In this document: positions 24,575 through 36,599 of the stretch, piece by piece
How positions within the stretch are numbered: the first letter of the stretch is position 1
Layout of the letters: each line of letters begins with the position of its first letter
Source: Squalus acanthias
Taxonomy: Eukaryota
DNA: 64,000 nt
NCBI GenBank assembly: GCA_030390025.1
Contig: JASTWF010000036.1
Span: 2,606,001 to 2,670,000, forward strand
Direction of reading: 5' to 3'
Position numbers and translations under genes: made by a program
Notes under the pieces: model-generated
The model's database searches: none
What the model was told of the DNA's origin: nothing
Seen by the model: the letters and a program-made list of their open reading frames with translations, nothing else

Positions 24575-24775
24575 TCTTAAAAAGAACAGATTATCTGGCC
24601 ATTATCTCATTGCTGTTTGTGGGAGCTTGCTGTGTGCAGATTGGCTGCCGCGTTTCCTACATTACAACAGTGACTACACTTCAAAAGTACTTCATGGGCT
24701 GTAAAGCACTTTGGGATGTCCTGAGGTTGTGAACGGTGCTGTAGAAATGCAAGTTCTTTCTTACTTCTTTCTTTA
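24575..24775 (+). mobile_element. Deu-domain SINE 3' half (well preserved)
   Basis: TTGCTGTTTGTGGGAGCTTGCTGTGTGCAGATTGGCTGCCGCGTTTCCTACATTACAACAGTGACTACACTTCAAAAG and a TTCT tail. Confidence 0.85.
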
Positions 24776-24801
24776 TCATCCCTTTTGGGCAGAAGTCCCA
24801 A

Positions 24802-26820
24802 AGGGATAGCATAAGATCCAAGGAGAGGGCATATAAATTGGCCAGAAAAAGCAGTAACCCTGTGGATTGGGAGCAGTTTAAGATTCAACAAAGGAGGACA
24901 AAGGGATTAATTAAGAAGGGGAAAATAGAATACGAGAGTAAGCTTGCAGGGAACATAAAAACTGACTGTAAAAGCTTTTATAGATATGTGAAGAGAAAAA
25001 GATTAGTGAAATCAAGCATAGGTCCCTTGCAGTCAGAATCAGGGGAACTTATAATGGGGAACAAAGAAATGTCAGGCCAATTAAATACATATTTTGGTTC
25101 TGTCTTCACAAAGGAGGACACAAATAACCTCCCAGAGATGTTGGGGAACATAGGGTCTGATGAAAGGGAGGAACTGAAAGAAATCAGTATTTGTAGGGAA
25201 ATGGTGTTAGGGAAATTGAAGGGATTGAAGGCCGATAAATCCCCAGGGCCTGATAATCTACATCCTAGGGTACTTAAGGAAGTGGCCCTAGAAATAGTAG
25301 ATGCATTGCTGATCATCTTCCAACATTCGATGGAATCTGGAACAGTACCCATGGATTGGAGGGTAGCTAATGTTATCCCACTATTCAAAAAGGGTGGTAG
25401 AGAGAAAACGGGGAATTACAGACCGGTAAGCCTGACATCGGTAGTGGGGAAAATGCTAGAGTCTATTATAAAAGATGTAATAGCTGAGCACTTGAAAAAC
25501 AGTGACAGGATCGGACAAAGTCAACATGGATTTACAAAAGGTAAATCATGCTTGACTAATCTACTGGAATTTTTTGAGGATGTAACTAGTAAAATAGATA
25601 AGGGAGAACCAGTGGATGTGGTGTATTTGGACTTCCAAAAGGCTTTTCATAAGGTCCCGCATAAGAGATTAGCGTGTAAAGTTAAGGCACATGGGATTGG
25701 GGGCAGGGTATTGACTTGGATAGAGAACTGGTTGGCAGACAGAAAGCAAAGAGTTGCAATAAACGGGTCTTTTTCCGAGTGGCAGGCAGTGACTAGTGGG
25801 GGGTACTGCAGGGATCGGTCCTTGGACCCCAGCTATTCACAATATATATTAATGATCTAGACAAGGGAACTAGATGTAATATCTCCAAGTTTGCAGACGA
25901 CACAAAACTGGGTGGGCGTGTGTGCTGCGAGGAGGATGCCGAGAAACTCCAGGATGATTTGGACAGGTTGGGTGATTGGGCAGAAGCGTGGCAGATGCAA
26001 TATAACGTGGATAAATGCGAGGTTATCCACTTTGGCGTCAAAAACAGAAAGGCAGATTATTATCTGAATGGCAATAGATTGGGAGAAGGGGAAGTGCAAC
26101 GAGACCTGGGTGTCCTTGTGCACCAGTCGCTGAAGGTAAGCATGCAGGTGCAGCAGGCGGTTAAGAAGGCAAATGGTATGTTGGCCTTCATAGCGAGAGG
26201 GTTTGAGTACAGGAACAAGGATGTCTTGCTGCAGTTGTACAGGGCCTTGGTGAGACCACACCTTGAGTACTGTGTGCAGTTTTGGTCGCCTTATCTGAGG
26301 AAGGATGTTCTTGCCATGGAAGGAGTTCAGCGAAGATTCACAAGGCTGATACCTGGGATGGCAGGAATGACGTATGAAGAGAGATTGGGTCGATTGGGCT
26401 TATACTTGCTGGAGTTTAGAAGAATGAGAGGGGATCTCATTGAAACTTATAAAATTCTGACAGGACAGGACAAACTAGATGCAGGAAGGATGTTCCCGAT
26501 GGTCGGGGAGTCCAGAACCAGGGGTCACAGTCTAAGGATAAGGGGTAAGCCATTTAGGATAGAAATGAGGAGGAATTTCTTCACCCAGAGAGTGGTGAAC
26601 CTGTGGAATTCTCTGCCACAGAAGGCAGTAGAGGCCAATTCATTAAATAGATTCAAGAAGGAGTTGGATATATTTCTTAAGGCTAAAGGGATCAAGGGAT
26701 ATGGGGAGAAAGCAGGGACAGGGTACTGAATTTGGATGATCAGCCATGATCGCATTGAATGACGGAGCAGGCTAGCGGGGCCGAATGGCCTACTCCTGCT
26801 CCTATCTTCTATGATTCTAT
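24802..26820 (+). mobile_element. 5'-truncated, young CR1 LINE (ORF2 RT region and C-terminus), one frameshift
   Basis: ORFs 24838-25860 (KSPGPD, NYRPVSLTS, QHGF, YLDFQKAF) and 25920-26729; FADD near 25890; frameshift in a G6 run at 25798-25803; 3'UTR ends in TTCTATGATTCTAT. Confidence 0.96.
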
Positions 26821-26835
26821 AAGTCAGGAAATCCC

Positions 26836-27215
26836 TGAAGATAAGGACTATTCCCCACCCTGTATATCTAGCTTATGAAACTTCTTAAATCCACACTCAG
26901 CAGCAGAACTCCAATCAGATCCATGCCTCAACTAGAGCCCTCATCGAGCAGACCACTGGAGTTGTGAAGCAATGATTCAGATACCTGGACATGGCTTCCT
27001 CCAATTGAGCCCAGAAAGAGTGCCTCGTATCATCGTCGTGCACTGCATGCTGCATAACTTTTCTGTGCAACAAGTGCTGCATATGGAGCTACACTGGAGG
27101 AAGAACTTAAACATCATGAGGGAGAGGACACTGATGACATGAAAGATTCCAAAGAAGTTGGATACAGCCAGAGTTGTTCGTCAGTGGCTAATTGAGGAGG
27201 AGAACTGCTTCGCTG
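26836..27215 (+). pseudogene. Decayed PIF/Harbinger (HARBI1-like) DDE transposase C-terminus
   Basis: Manual translation across frameshifts: EDKDYS (GDKGYP-like), NQIHASTRALIEQTTGVVKQ*FRYLD, LQLSPERVPRIIVVHCMLHNF, an acidic stretch and ARVVRQWLIEE. Confidence 0.8.
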
Positions 27216-28625
27216 TATTAACAGTCATTACAAACATCTGTCCCAGTTCTTCTGCACTACAAGCAACGACATCTACCCAACCAGCAAAACTGTTATATCA
27301 CATTCCAAAATCACAAGCCAGTACAGGAACACTCTGCACACCCAGCCTGAAAATAGCATTATAGGTTTATAGGCATACAGAAAGGTCTACCTACTTTTTG
27401 TCACCCCAGGTGTGTGTCCTTAGTGCCTGACTGAAGTACTCTTTTACCTATGCAAGTGCTTCTACGAAGTGTTCCCCCAGTGGCTGCAACAAGGGAGGAG
27501 GTAGGTTTCTGAAGATCATTCAAGCATTCATGAGATGCTTGTGGTTGGGAACCTCTGGGAGTTTGAGCTTGAGAGGGCCCAGCCAAAGGCTGTAACGACA
27601 TGGCATCTGCTGGGGCGGTCAGGTCCTGCTTTCCTTCTGGCACCAGGGCAGGCATTGTTTGAGAGGGTCATAATACTACAAAAATGTTGTTATTGTGAGA
27701 AATAGCACCATCCTCCATTACCATTGTACACCTGTTCCTGCTACTAGGCTGAAGCTCAGCACTCAGTACTTTAGAGTTCGTCAGTGGTCAGGGACAGGAG
27801 GGTGTGACTGCGAGTCAGGAAGGTATGGGGACCCAGGATGTAGTGATGGAGGAGCCTCAGCCCTTGACCTTGTCCAACAGGTACGAGGTACTTGCTACTT
27901 GTATGGATGAGGAAAAGGACTGCAGAGAGGATGGGCAAACTGACCATGGCACCGTGGTACAGGAGGCCATCCAAGTGGGGGAGAAGGAAGGAATGTGGTA
28001 GTGGTAGGGGACTTAGTATAGTCAGAGGGATAGATACTGTTATCTGCAGCCGCGAAAGAGAGTCCCAAAGGCTGTGTTGCCTGCCCGGTGCCAGGGTTAA
28101 GAGATATCTCCTCATGGCTGGAGAAGAACTTGGAGTGGGAGGGGGAGGATCAGTTGTCGTGGTCCATGTAGAAATCAACGACGTAGGTAGAACTAAGAAT
28201 GAGGTTCTGCTGAGGGAGTTTGAGGAGCTAGGGTCTAAATTAATAAGCAGAACCTCAAGGGTAATAATCTCTGGATTACTACCTGAGCCACGCGCAAATT
28301 GGCATAGGGTCAAGCAGATCAGAGGGTTAAATGCGTGGTTCAAAGAGTGGTGTGGGAAGAAGGGGTTTCAATTCATGGGGCACTGGCACCAGTACTGGGG
28401 AAAGAGGGAGCTGTTCAGTCGGGACAGGCTCCACTTAAACCGAATTGGGACCAGCGTCCTGGCGAATCAAATAACTAGGGCTGTAGATAGGGCTTTAAAC
28501 TAAAAAAAGGGGGGTTGGAGGGGTCAGGTGAGGGGAAATTTAGAAATCTAAAGAGAAAGGTCAAGGCAATAGAGCAGTGAAGCGATTTAGGTAAAAATAA
28601 ACAGAGTGTGACAGGAAGGGACAGA

Positions 28626-29518
28626 GGGGGGAAAATTCAGTTGGTTGCGCCTCCCGTTAGCACCTTAAGAGGGCGCTAATGTGGTGCAAAGTATCTAGCG
28701 CCCAGGCGCGGCGATGTTTGCGCCGCTCGAGAAATTAACTAGACATTTTGCGGCGGCGCTAAACACTACCGCCACGATCTCCTGCGCCAGCAGATCGTGA
28801 CATCAGTCGAGTGCGCAATGCCCCGGTATCGCCCCGGAGCGGATATTGAGTGGCGCCCCCTGCCTTACCGCCTGACGCTAGCAACGACAGGTTGAGGGGA
28901 GCGTTCTGCAGTCATGAAGGGAAAGGGGGAGCGCTATTTAAAGGTGACCACTTCCTGCCTTTTATTGTTGGTGCCATTTTTGAACTACGCATTCTGAGAG
29001 AGAGGGAGAGAGACTTCTGGAGAGATTCAACGTTGTGTGAAGGAGTTTTGGGTACTGAGCAGCACTTTGCAGGTTCATTTTGATTTGCCATTCCTTGTAT
29101 CGATTTAGAAGAGACTGTGGGGGCTGCACTCTGAGCTCTTTGCCTGGTACTCTCCATTGTTCTTTCCAGCAGATTTGATGTGCAGGTCTCTCCAGGCCGA
29201 GATTCAAGGCTGCAATGAGGAGGATGTGGATGGAAAGCAAGATTAACCATCCCCTTTAAGAACTGGCCCGTGCCATTGTGTGTGTGTTCCATTGCTGACT
29301 GACATTACATGAGCTTCGCCAGCGCTCTGAGGTAGCGCCTTGCTCCTCGGCCTTTGCGCCTTAAGACAGGTGAGAAGCGCCTGATTTAGCGCTCCAATCA
29401 CCTCCAGGGGCGATAAAAGTCAAGTTTGCAGTCGGTGGCGATAATTAGCGCCAGGCGCTAATCTTTGCGCCCGGCCGATAATTGCGCCCCAAATGGGGCG
29501 ATACTGAATTTCTCCCCC
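28626..29518. mobile_element. Harbinger-type MITE copy A (893 bp), 3-bp TSD AGA
   Basis: TIRs GGGGGGAAAATTCAG ... CTGAATTTCTCCCCC; AGA at 28623-28625 and 29519-29521; GGCGC-rich subterminal arms. Confidence 0.9.
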
Positions 29519-30768
29519 AGAGAGTTTAATGGTAGCAGTGCAGCAGAGAATAAGGTCAAAGCAGGGAATAATGGTTAAAAAATTTAAATTGAAGGCTCTT
29601 TATCTGAATGCATGAAGCATTCGTAACAAGATAGACGAACTAGTGGCACAAATAGAGATAAATGGGTTTGATCTAATAGCCATTACAGGGACGTGGTTGC
29701 AAGGTGACCAAGGTTGGGAACTAAATGTTCCAGGGTACTTGACGTTTCGAAAAGACAGGCAGAATGGAAAAGGAGGGGGGGTGGGGTAGCCCTGATAATA
29801 AAGGACCACATAAGGACAACAGAAAGAAAGGATCTCGGCTCAGAAGATCAGGAAGTAGAATCAGTGTGGGTGGAGATAACAAGTGGCAGAAAACACTTGT
29901 GGGAGTAGTATATAGGCCCCCTATCAGTAGCTATACCATTGGACAGAATATTAATCAAGAAATAGTAGAAGCTTGTAACAAAGGTAATGCAATAATCGTG
30001 AGGGACTTTAATCTTCATATAGATTGGACAAATCAAATTGGCAAGGGTAGTCTGGAGGACGAGTTCATGGAATGTATTCGGGACAGTTTCCTAGAACAAT
30101 ACATCATGGAACCAACCAGGGAACAGGCTATTTTAGATCTTGTATTGTGTAATGAGACAGGGTTAATTATCAATCTCATAGTAAAGCATCCTCTGGGGCA
30201 GAGTGATCATAATATGACAGAATTTCACGTTAAGTTTGAGAGTAACTTGCCTAAGTCCGAAACTAGAGTCTTTAACTTAAATAAAGTCAATTACATAGGT
30301 ATGAGGGGCGAGTTGGCTAAGGTAGATTGGAAAAATAGATTAAAAGGTATGGCGGTAGATAAGCAGTGGCTAGCATTTAAAGAAATATTTCATAATTCTC
30401 AACAAAAATACATTCCAATGAGAAGCAAAAACTCCATGGGAAAAGTGATCCATCCGTGGCTAACTAAAGAAGTTAAGGATAGCATTAGATTGAAAAAAGA
30501 AGCTTATAATGTTGCGAAGAATATTAGTAAGCCTGAGGATTGGGAGAGTTTCACAAACCAGCAAAGGATGACCAAAAAATTGATAAAAAGGGAAAAAATA
30601 GAATATGAGAGAAAACTAGCAAGAAATATAAAAACAGATTGTAAGAGCTTCTGCAAGTATGTAAAAAGGAAGAGAGTAGCAAAAGTAAACATTGGTCCCT
30701 TAGAGGCTGAAACAGGAGAAATTATTATGGGGAATAAGGAAATGGCAGAAACGTTAAACAAATATTTA

Positions 30769-31663
30769 GGGGTAAAAATTCAGTTGGTTGCGCCTCCCGT
30801 TAGCGCCTTAAGAGGGCGCTAATGGGGCGCAAAGCCGCTAACGCCCGGGCGCAGCGATGTTTGCGCCGCTCGAGAACTTAACTTGAGATTGTGCGGCGGC
30901 GCTAAAACTTACCGCTGCGACCACCTGCGCGCGCAGATTGTGACGTCATTCCATGGTGCAACGCCCTTGTGGCGCCCCGGAGCGGAAATTGAGTGGCGCC
31001 CCCTGCCTTACCGCCTGGTGCATCCAACGACCAGAAGACTGGAACGCTATCAATCGCTGTGGGGCTGCGGGGGGGGCGCTATTTAAAGGGGGCCTCTTCC
31101 TGTCTTTTATTGTTGGTGGCATTTTTGAACTACGCATTCTGAGAGAGAGAGGGAGAGACTTCTGGAGAGATTCAACGTTGTGGGAAGGAGTTTTGGGTAC
31201 TGAGCAGCACTTTGCAGGGTCATTTTGATTTGCCATTCCTTGTATCGATTTAGCAGAGACTGTGGGAGCTGCACTCTGAGCTCTTTGCCTGGTACTCTCC
31301 ATTGTTCTTTCCAGCACATTTGATGTGCAAGTCTCTCCAGGCCGAGATTCAAGGCTGCAATGAACAGGATGTGGATGGAAAGCAAGATTAACCATCCCCT
31401 TTAAGAACTGGCCCGTGTCATTGTGTGTGTGTTCCATTGCTGACTGACATTACATGAGCTTCGCCAGCGCTCTGAGTTAGCGCCTCACTCCTTGGCCTTT
31501 GCGCCTTAAGACAGGTGTGCAGCGCCTGCTTTAGCGCTCCACTCACCTCCCGGGGCGGTAAAAGTGAAGTTTCCAGTCAGTGCCGATAATTAGCGCCAGG
31601 CGCTAATATTTGCGTCCAGACGATATTTGCGCCCCAAATGGGGCGCGACCTAATTTCTACCCC
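30769..31663. mobile_element. Harbinger-type MITE copy B (895 bp), 3-bp TSD TTA
   Basis: TIRs GGGGTAAAAATT ... AATTTCTACCCC; TTA at 30766-30768 and 31664-31666. Removing it restores CR1 AAACAAATATTTAGTATCT (compare 51493-51511). Confidence 0.93.
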
Positions 31664-32088
31664 TTAGTATCTATCTTCACATTAGAAGACACAAAAAGCA
31701 TACCAAAAATGGCGGGGAACCAAGGGTCTAATGAGGGTGAGGAGCTTAACGTAATTAATATAAGTAGAGAAAAAGTGCCAGAGAAACTAATGGGACTAAA
31801 AGCGGACAAATCCCCTGGACCTGACGGCCTACATCCTAGGGTTCTAAATGAGGTGGCTGCAGAGATAGTGGATGCATTGGTTTTGATCTTCCAAAATTCC
31901 CTAGATTCTAGAACGGTCCCAGTGGATTGGAAGGTAGCAAATGTAACACCACTATTCAACAAAGGAGGGAAAGAGAAAACAGGGAACTACAGGCCAGTTA
32001 GCCTGACATCAGTTGTCGGGAAAATGCTGGAATCCATTGTTAAGGAAGTGGTATCAGGGCACTTAGAAAATCATAACATGATTAGGCA

Positions 32089-34499
32089 AGAGTGGCTCGG
32101 TAGCACCACGACTGACCGAGCTGGCCGAGACCTGAAGGACATAGCTGCCAGTCTGGGCCTGTGACAGGTGGTGAGAGAACCAACATGAGGGAAAAACCTA
32201 CTCGACCTCGTCCTCACCAATCTACAGATGCATCTGTCCATGACAGCATTGGTAGCAGTGACCACCGCACAGTCATTGTGGAGACGAAGTCCCGTCTTCA
32301 CACTGAGGACACCCTGCATCGTGTTGTGTGGCACTACCACCGTGCTAAATGGGATAGATTCAGAACAGACCTAGCAGCTCAAAACTGGGCATCCATGAGA
32401 TGCTGTGGGCCATCAGCAGCAGCAGAATTGTATTCCACCACAATCTGTAACCTCATGGTCCTCACTCAACCATTACCATCAAGCCAGGGGACCAACCCTG
32501 GTTCAATAAGGAGTGCAGAAGAACAAGGAGCAGCACCAGGCGTACCTAAAAATGAGGTGCCAACCTGGGGAAGCTGCAACACAGGACTACATGCATGCTA
32601 AAAAGCGGAAGCATGCTATAGACAGGGCTAAGAGATCCCACAATCAACGGATCAGATCAAAGCTCTGCAGACCTGCTACATCCAGTCGTGAATGGTGGTG
32701 GACCATTAAACGGGAGGCAGAGGCTCCATGAATATCCCCATCTTCAATGATGGTGGGGCCCAGCACGTGAGTGCAAAAGACAAGGCAGAAGCGCTTGCAA
32801 CCATCTTCAGCCAGAAGTGCCGAGTGGATGATCCATATCGGACTCCTCCTGAGGTCCCCACCACCACAGAAGCTAGTCTTCAGCCAATTCGATTCACTCC
32901 ACGTGATATCAAGTAACGGCTGAGCGCACTGGATACAGCAAAGGCTATGGACCCCGGCAACATCCCGGCTGTCGTGCTGAAGACTTGTGCTCCAGAACTA
33001 GCCGCGCCTCTAGCCAAACTGTCCCAGTACAGCTACAACACTGGCATCTATCCGACAATGTGGAAAACAGCCCAGGTATGTCATGTCCACAAAAAGCAGG
33101 ACAAATCCAATCCGGCCAATTACCGCCCCATCAGTCTACTCTCAATAATCAGCAATGTGATGGAAGGTGTCATAGACAGTGCTATCAAGCGGCACTTACT
33201 CACCAATAACCTGCTCACTGATGCCCAGTTTGGGTTCCGCCAGGACCACTCTGCTCCCGACCTCATTACAGCCTTGGTCCAAACATGGACAAAGGAGCTG
33301 AATTCCAGAGGTGAGGTGAGGCGAGAGTGACTGCCCTTGACATCAAGGCAGCATTTGACCGAGTGTGGCATCAAGGAGCCCTAGTAAAACTGAAGTCAAT
33401 GGGAATCGGGGGGAAAACTCTCCACTGGCTGGAGTCATACCTGGCACAAAGGAAGATAGTTGTAGTGGTTGGAGCTCAATCATCACAGCAACAGGACATC
33501 GCTGCAGGAGTTCCTCAGGGCAGTGTGCTAGGCCCAACCATCTTCAGCTGATTCATCAATGACCTTCCCTCCAACATAAGGTCAGAAATGGGGATGTTCG
33601 CTAATGACTGGACAGTGTTCAGTGCCATTCACAACCCCTCAGATAGTGAAGCAGTCCATGCCCGCATGCAACAAGACCTGGACAACGTTCAGGCTTGGGC
33701 TGATAAGTGGCAGGTAACATTCACGCCTCAGAAGTCCCAGGAAATGACTATCTCCAACAAGCGAGAGTCTAACCACCAACCCTTGACATTCAACAGCATT
33801 ACCATCGCCGAATCCCCCACCATCAACATCCTGGGGGTCACCATTGACCAGAAACTTAACTGGACCAGCCACATAAATACTGTGGCAACAAGAGCAGGTC
33901 AGAGGCTAGGTGTTCTGCGCCGAGTGTCTCACCTCCTGACTCCCCAAAGCCTTTCCACCATCTACAAGGCACAAGTAAGGAGTGTAATGGAATACTCTCC
34001 ACTTGCCTGGATGAGTGCAGCTCCAACAACACTCAAGAAGCTCGACACCATCCAGGACAAAGCAGCCCGCTTGATTGGCACCACATCCACCACCTTAAAC
34101 ATTCACTCCCTCCACCACCGGCGTACCATGGCTGCAGTGTGTACCATCTACAAGATGCATTGCAGCAACTCACCAAGGCTTCTTCGGCAGCACCTCCCAA
34201 ACCCGCGACTTCTACCACCTAGCAGGACAAGGGCAGCAGGCGCATGGGAACACCTCCACCTCCAAGTTCCCCTCCAAGTCACACACCATCCTGACTTAGA
34301 AATATATCGCCATTCCTTCATCATCGCTGGGTCAAAATCCTGGAACTCCCACCCTAACAGTTCTGTGGAAGTACCTTCACCATACGGACTGCAGCGGTTC
34401 AAGAAGATGGCTCACCACCACCTTCTCAAGGGCAATTAGGGATGGGCAATAAATGCTGGCCTTGCTAGCGTTGCCACATCCCATGAACGAAAAAAAAAA
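32089..34499 (+). mobile_element. 5'-truncated poly(A)-tailed LINE of a second family (CR1/L2 group) nested in the CR1
   Basis: Starts in the APE domain (QEWLGSTTTDRAG, SDH); RT motifs [35 protein letters not shown] (FADD-like); AATAAA and an A-tail at 34490-34499. Confidence 0.92.
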
Positions 34500-36599
34500 C
34501 ATGTTTTTTTGAAAGGGAAATCGTGTTTGACAAATTTATTAGAGGTTTTTGAGGATGTAACTAGCAGGGTAGATAAAGGGGAACCAGTGGATGTAGTGTA
34601 TTTGGATTTCCAAGAGGAATTCGATAAAGTGCCACATAAAAGATTATTACACAAGATAAGGGCTCATGGCTGTTTGGGGTAATATAGTAGCATGGATAGA
34701 GGATTGGTTAACGGACAGAAAACAGAGTAGGGATAAACGGGTCATTTTCAGGTTGGCAGGCTGTAACTAGTGGGGTGCCGCAAGGATCAGTGCTGAGGCC
34801 TCAGCTATTTACAATCTATATTAATGACCGAGTGTAATGTATCCAAGTTTGCTGATGATACAAAGTTGGGTGGGACAGTAAGCTGTGAGGAGAACACAAA
34901 GAGTGCAACGGGATATAGATAGACTAAGTGAGTGGGCAGTAAGGTGGCAGATGGAGTATAATGAAGGGAAATCTGAGGTTATTCACTTTGGTAGGAAGAA
35001 TAGAACAACAGAATATTTTTTAAATGGTGAGAAACTTTTAAATGTTGGTGTTCAGAGAGATTTGGGTGTCCTCGTGCAAGAAACACAGAAAGCTAGCATG
35101 CAGGTACAGTAAGCAATAAGGAAGGCAAATGGCATGTTGGCCTTCATTGCAAGGGGGTTGGAGTATAAGAGTAAGGAACTCTTGCTACAATTGTACAGGG
35201 CCTTGGTGAGACCACACCTGGAGTACTGTGCACAGTTTTGGTCTCCTTATCTAAGGAAGGATATACTTGCCTTGGAGGTGGTGCAACAAAGGTTCACTGG
35301 ATTGATTCCTGGGATGAGAGGGCTGTCCTATGATGAGAGATTGTGTAGAATGGGCCTATACTCTCTGGAGTTTAGAAGAATGAGAGGTGATCTCATTGAA
35401 ACATACAAGATTCTGAGGGGGATTGACAGGGTAGATGCTGAGAGGCTGTTTCCCCTGGCTGGAGTGTCTAGAACTAGGGGGCATAGTCTCAGGATAAGGG
35501 GTCGGCCATTTAAGACCGAGATGAAGAGGAATTTCTTCACTCAGAGGGTTGTGAATCTTTGGAATTCTCTACCCCAGAGGGCTGTGGATGCTGAGTCTTT
35601 GAGTATATTCAAGGCTGAGATAGATAGATTTTTGGACTCTAGGGGAATCAAGGGATATGGGGATCGAGCAGGAAAGTGGAGTTGAGGTCTATGATCAGCC
35701 ATGATCTTATTGCCGTATGGCCTACTCCTGCTTCTATTTCTTATGTTCTTATGTTCAAACTAAAACCCTTATCCATTTGATCTTCCAGCCTTCCGAAGGC
35801 AGAGGAGATGGCTAACCCCAGGGCCTACATGGTTCCAGTATGAACATTTCTGAGAGATGCTATTACTGGTGTCACAGACTCAATAGGGGATACTCATCCT
35901 GCAAAGTGCCCGAAAGTGACGACACACTCCATGGTTTTTTGGCAGAGTTTCAATGCCATGCAACCCCACACAAGCAGGTAGTGGACTCCACATAGTAATT
36001 GATATCTATTTGAAGCTCCCTGACAGACAGTCCAATGCCTGTCAATGAAGAGTGACCCGAGAAATGGGACAGGTCCCCCACTGACTCCACCGGGTGGCTG
36101 TTCCATTCGTCCCGCCCACTTCCCGCCAGTTTCACACGGGAAGACCAAAATCGGTCCCATGGAGTCTTTTACACCTGCGCTTCACTTATAATGGAATGTA
36201 AAGCATATGTGAACATTACAAGTAGCAACATACATGAAGTATTCAAAGCTTGGCAAACATGATGTCACTAGTTAATGATAGTAATGGGTGTTACAAGTTC
36301 CATTAGCAAATGGGAAAATCAGCTACTGGGGGAGTGCAATAATTACATTTTGCATCTCGAGCATGTCCATTGTGTGTGAATAATTGTTTAATGTATCTGT
36401 ATGACATGAAATGTGCTAATTGGGTTCATTTTCAAATTCACGAAAATGCAACCAAAGAACACGAACTTATGTCACCAGCTTTCAAAAGAATTCCCAGGTT
36501 AAGGCACCAAACAAGGAACCAATCATATCCTTGAAAAAACATGTCAAAGTTATAGCAGCTATGTTGGTTTCTTTACTAATAACATTATACATATTAAGT

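Larger units (their letters stand above)
27760..35755 (+). mobile_element. Near full-length CR1 LINE (partial ORF1 with SGNH esterase domain; ORF2 APE-RT) interrupted by three insertions
   Basis: ORF1 motifs PLTLSNRYEVL, SIVRG, CCLPGARV, VVHV.INDV, DRLHLN (27804-28503). ORF2 APE from about 29590 (YLNA.SI.NK, DFNLH, SDHN); RT and C-terminus 34500-35685; tail (TTCTTATG)n to about 35755. Confidence 0.95.

Noticed and set aside
28850..31437. Duplicated ORFs (MEHTHN..., MLSIHIL...) as a small gene family
   Set aside because: They lie inside two copies of a MITE and show no recognisable domain; similarity reflects DNA-level identity.
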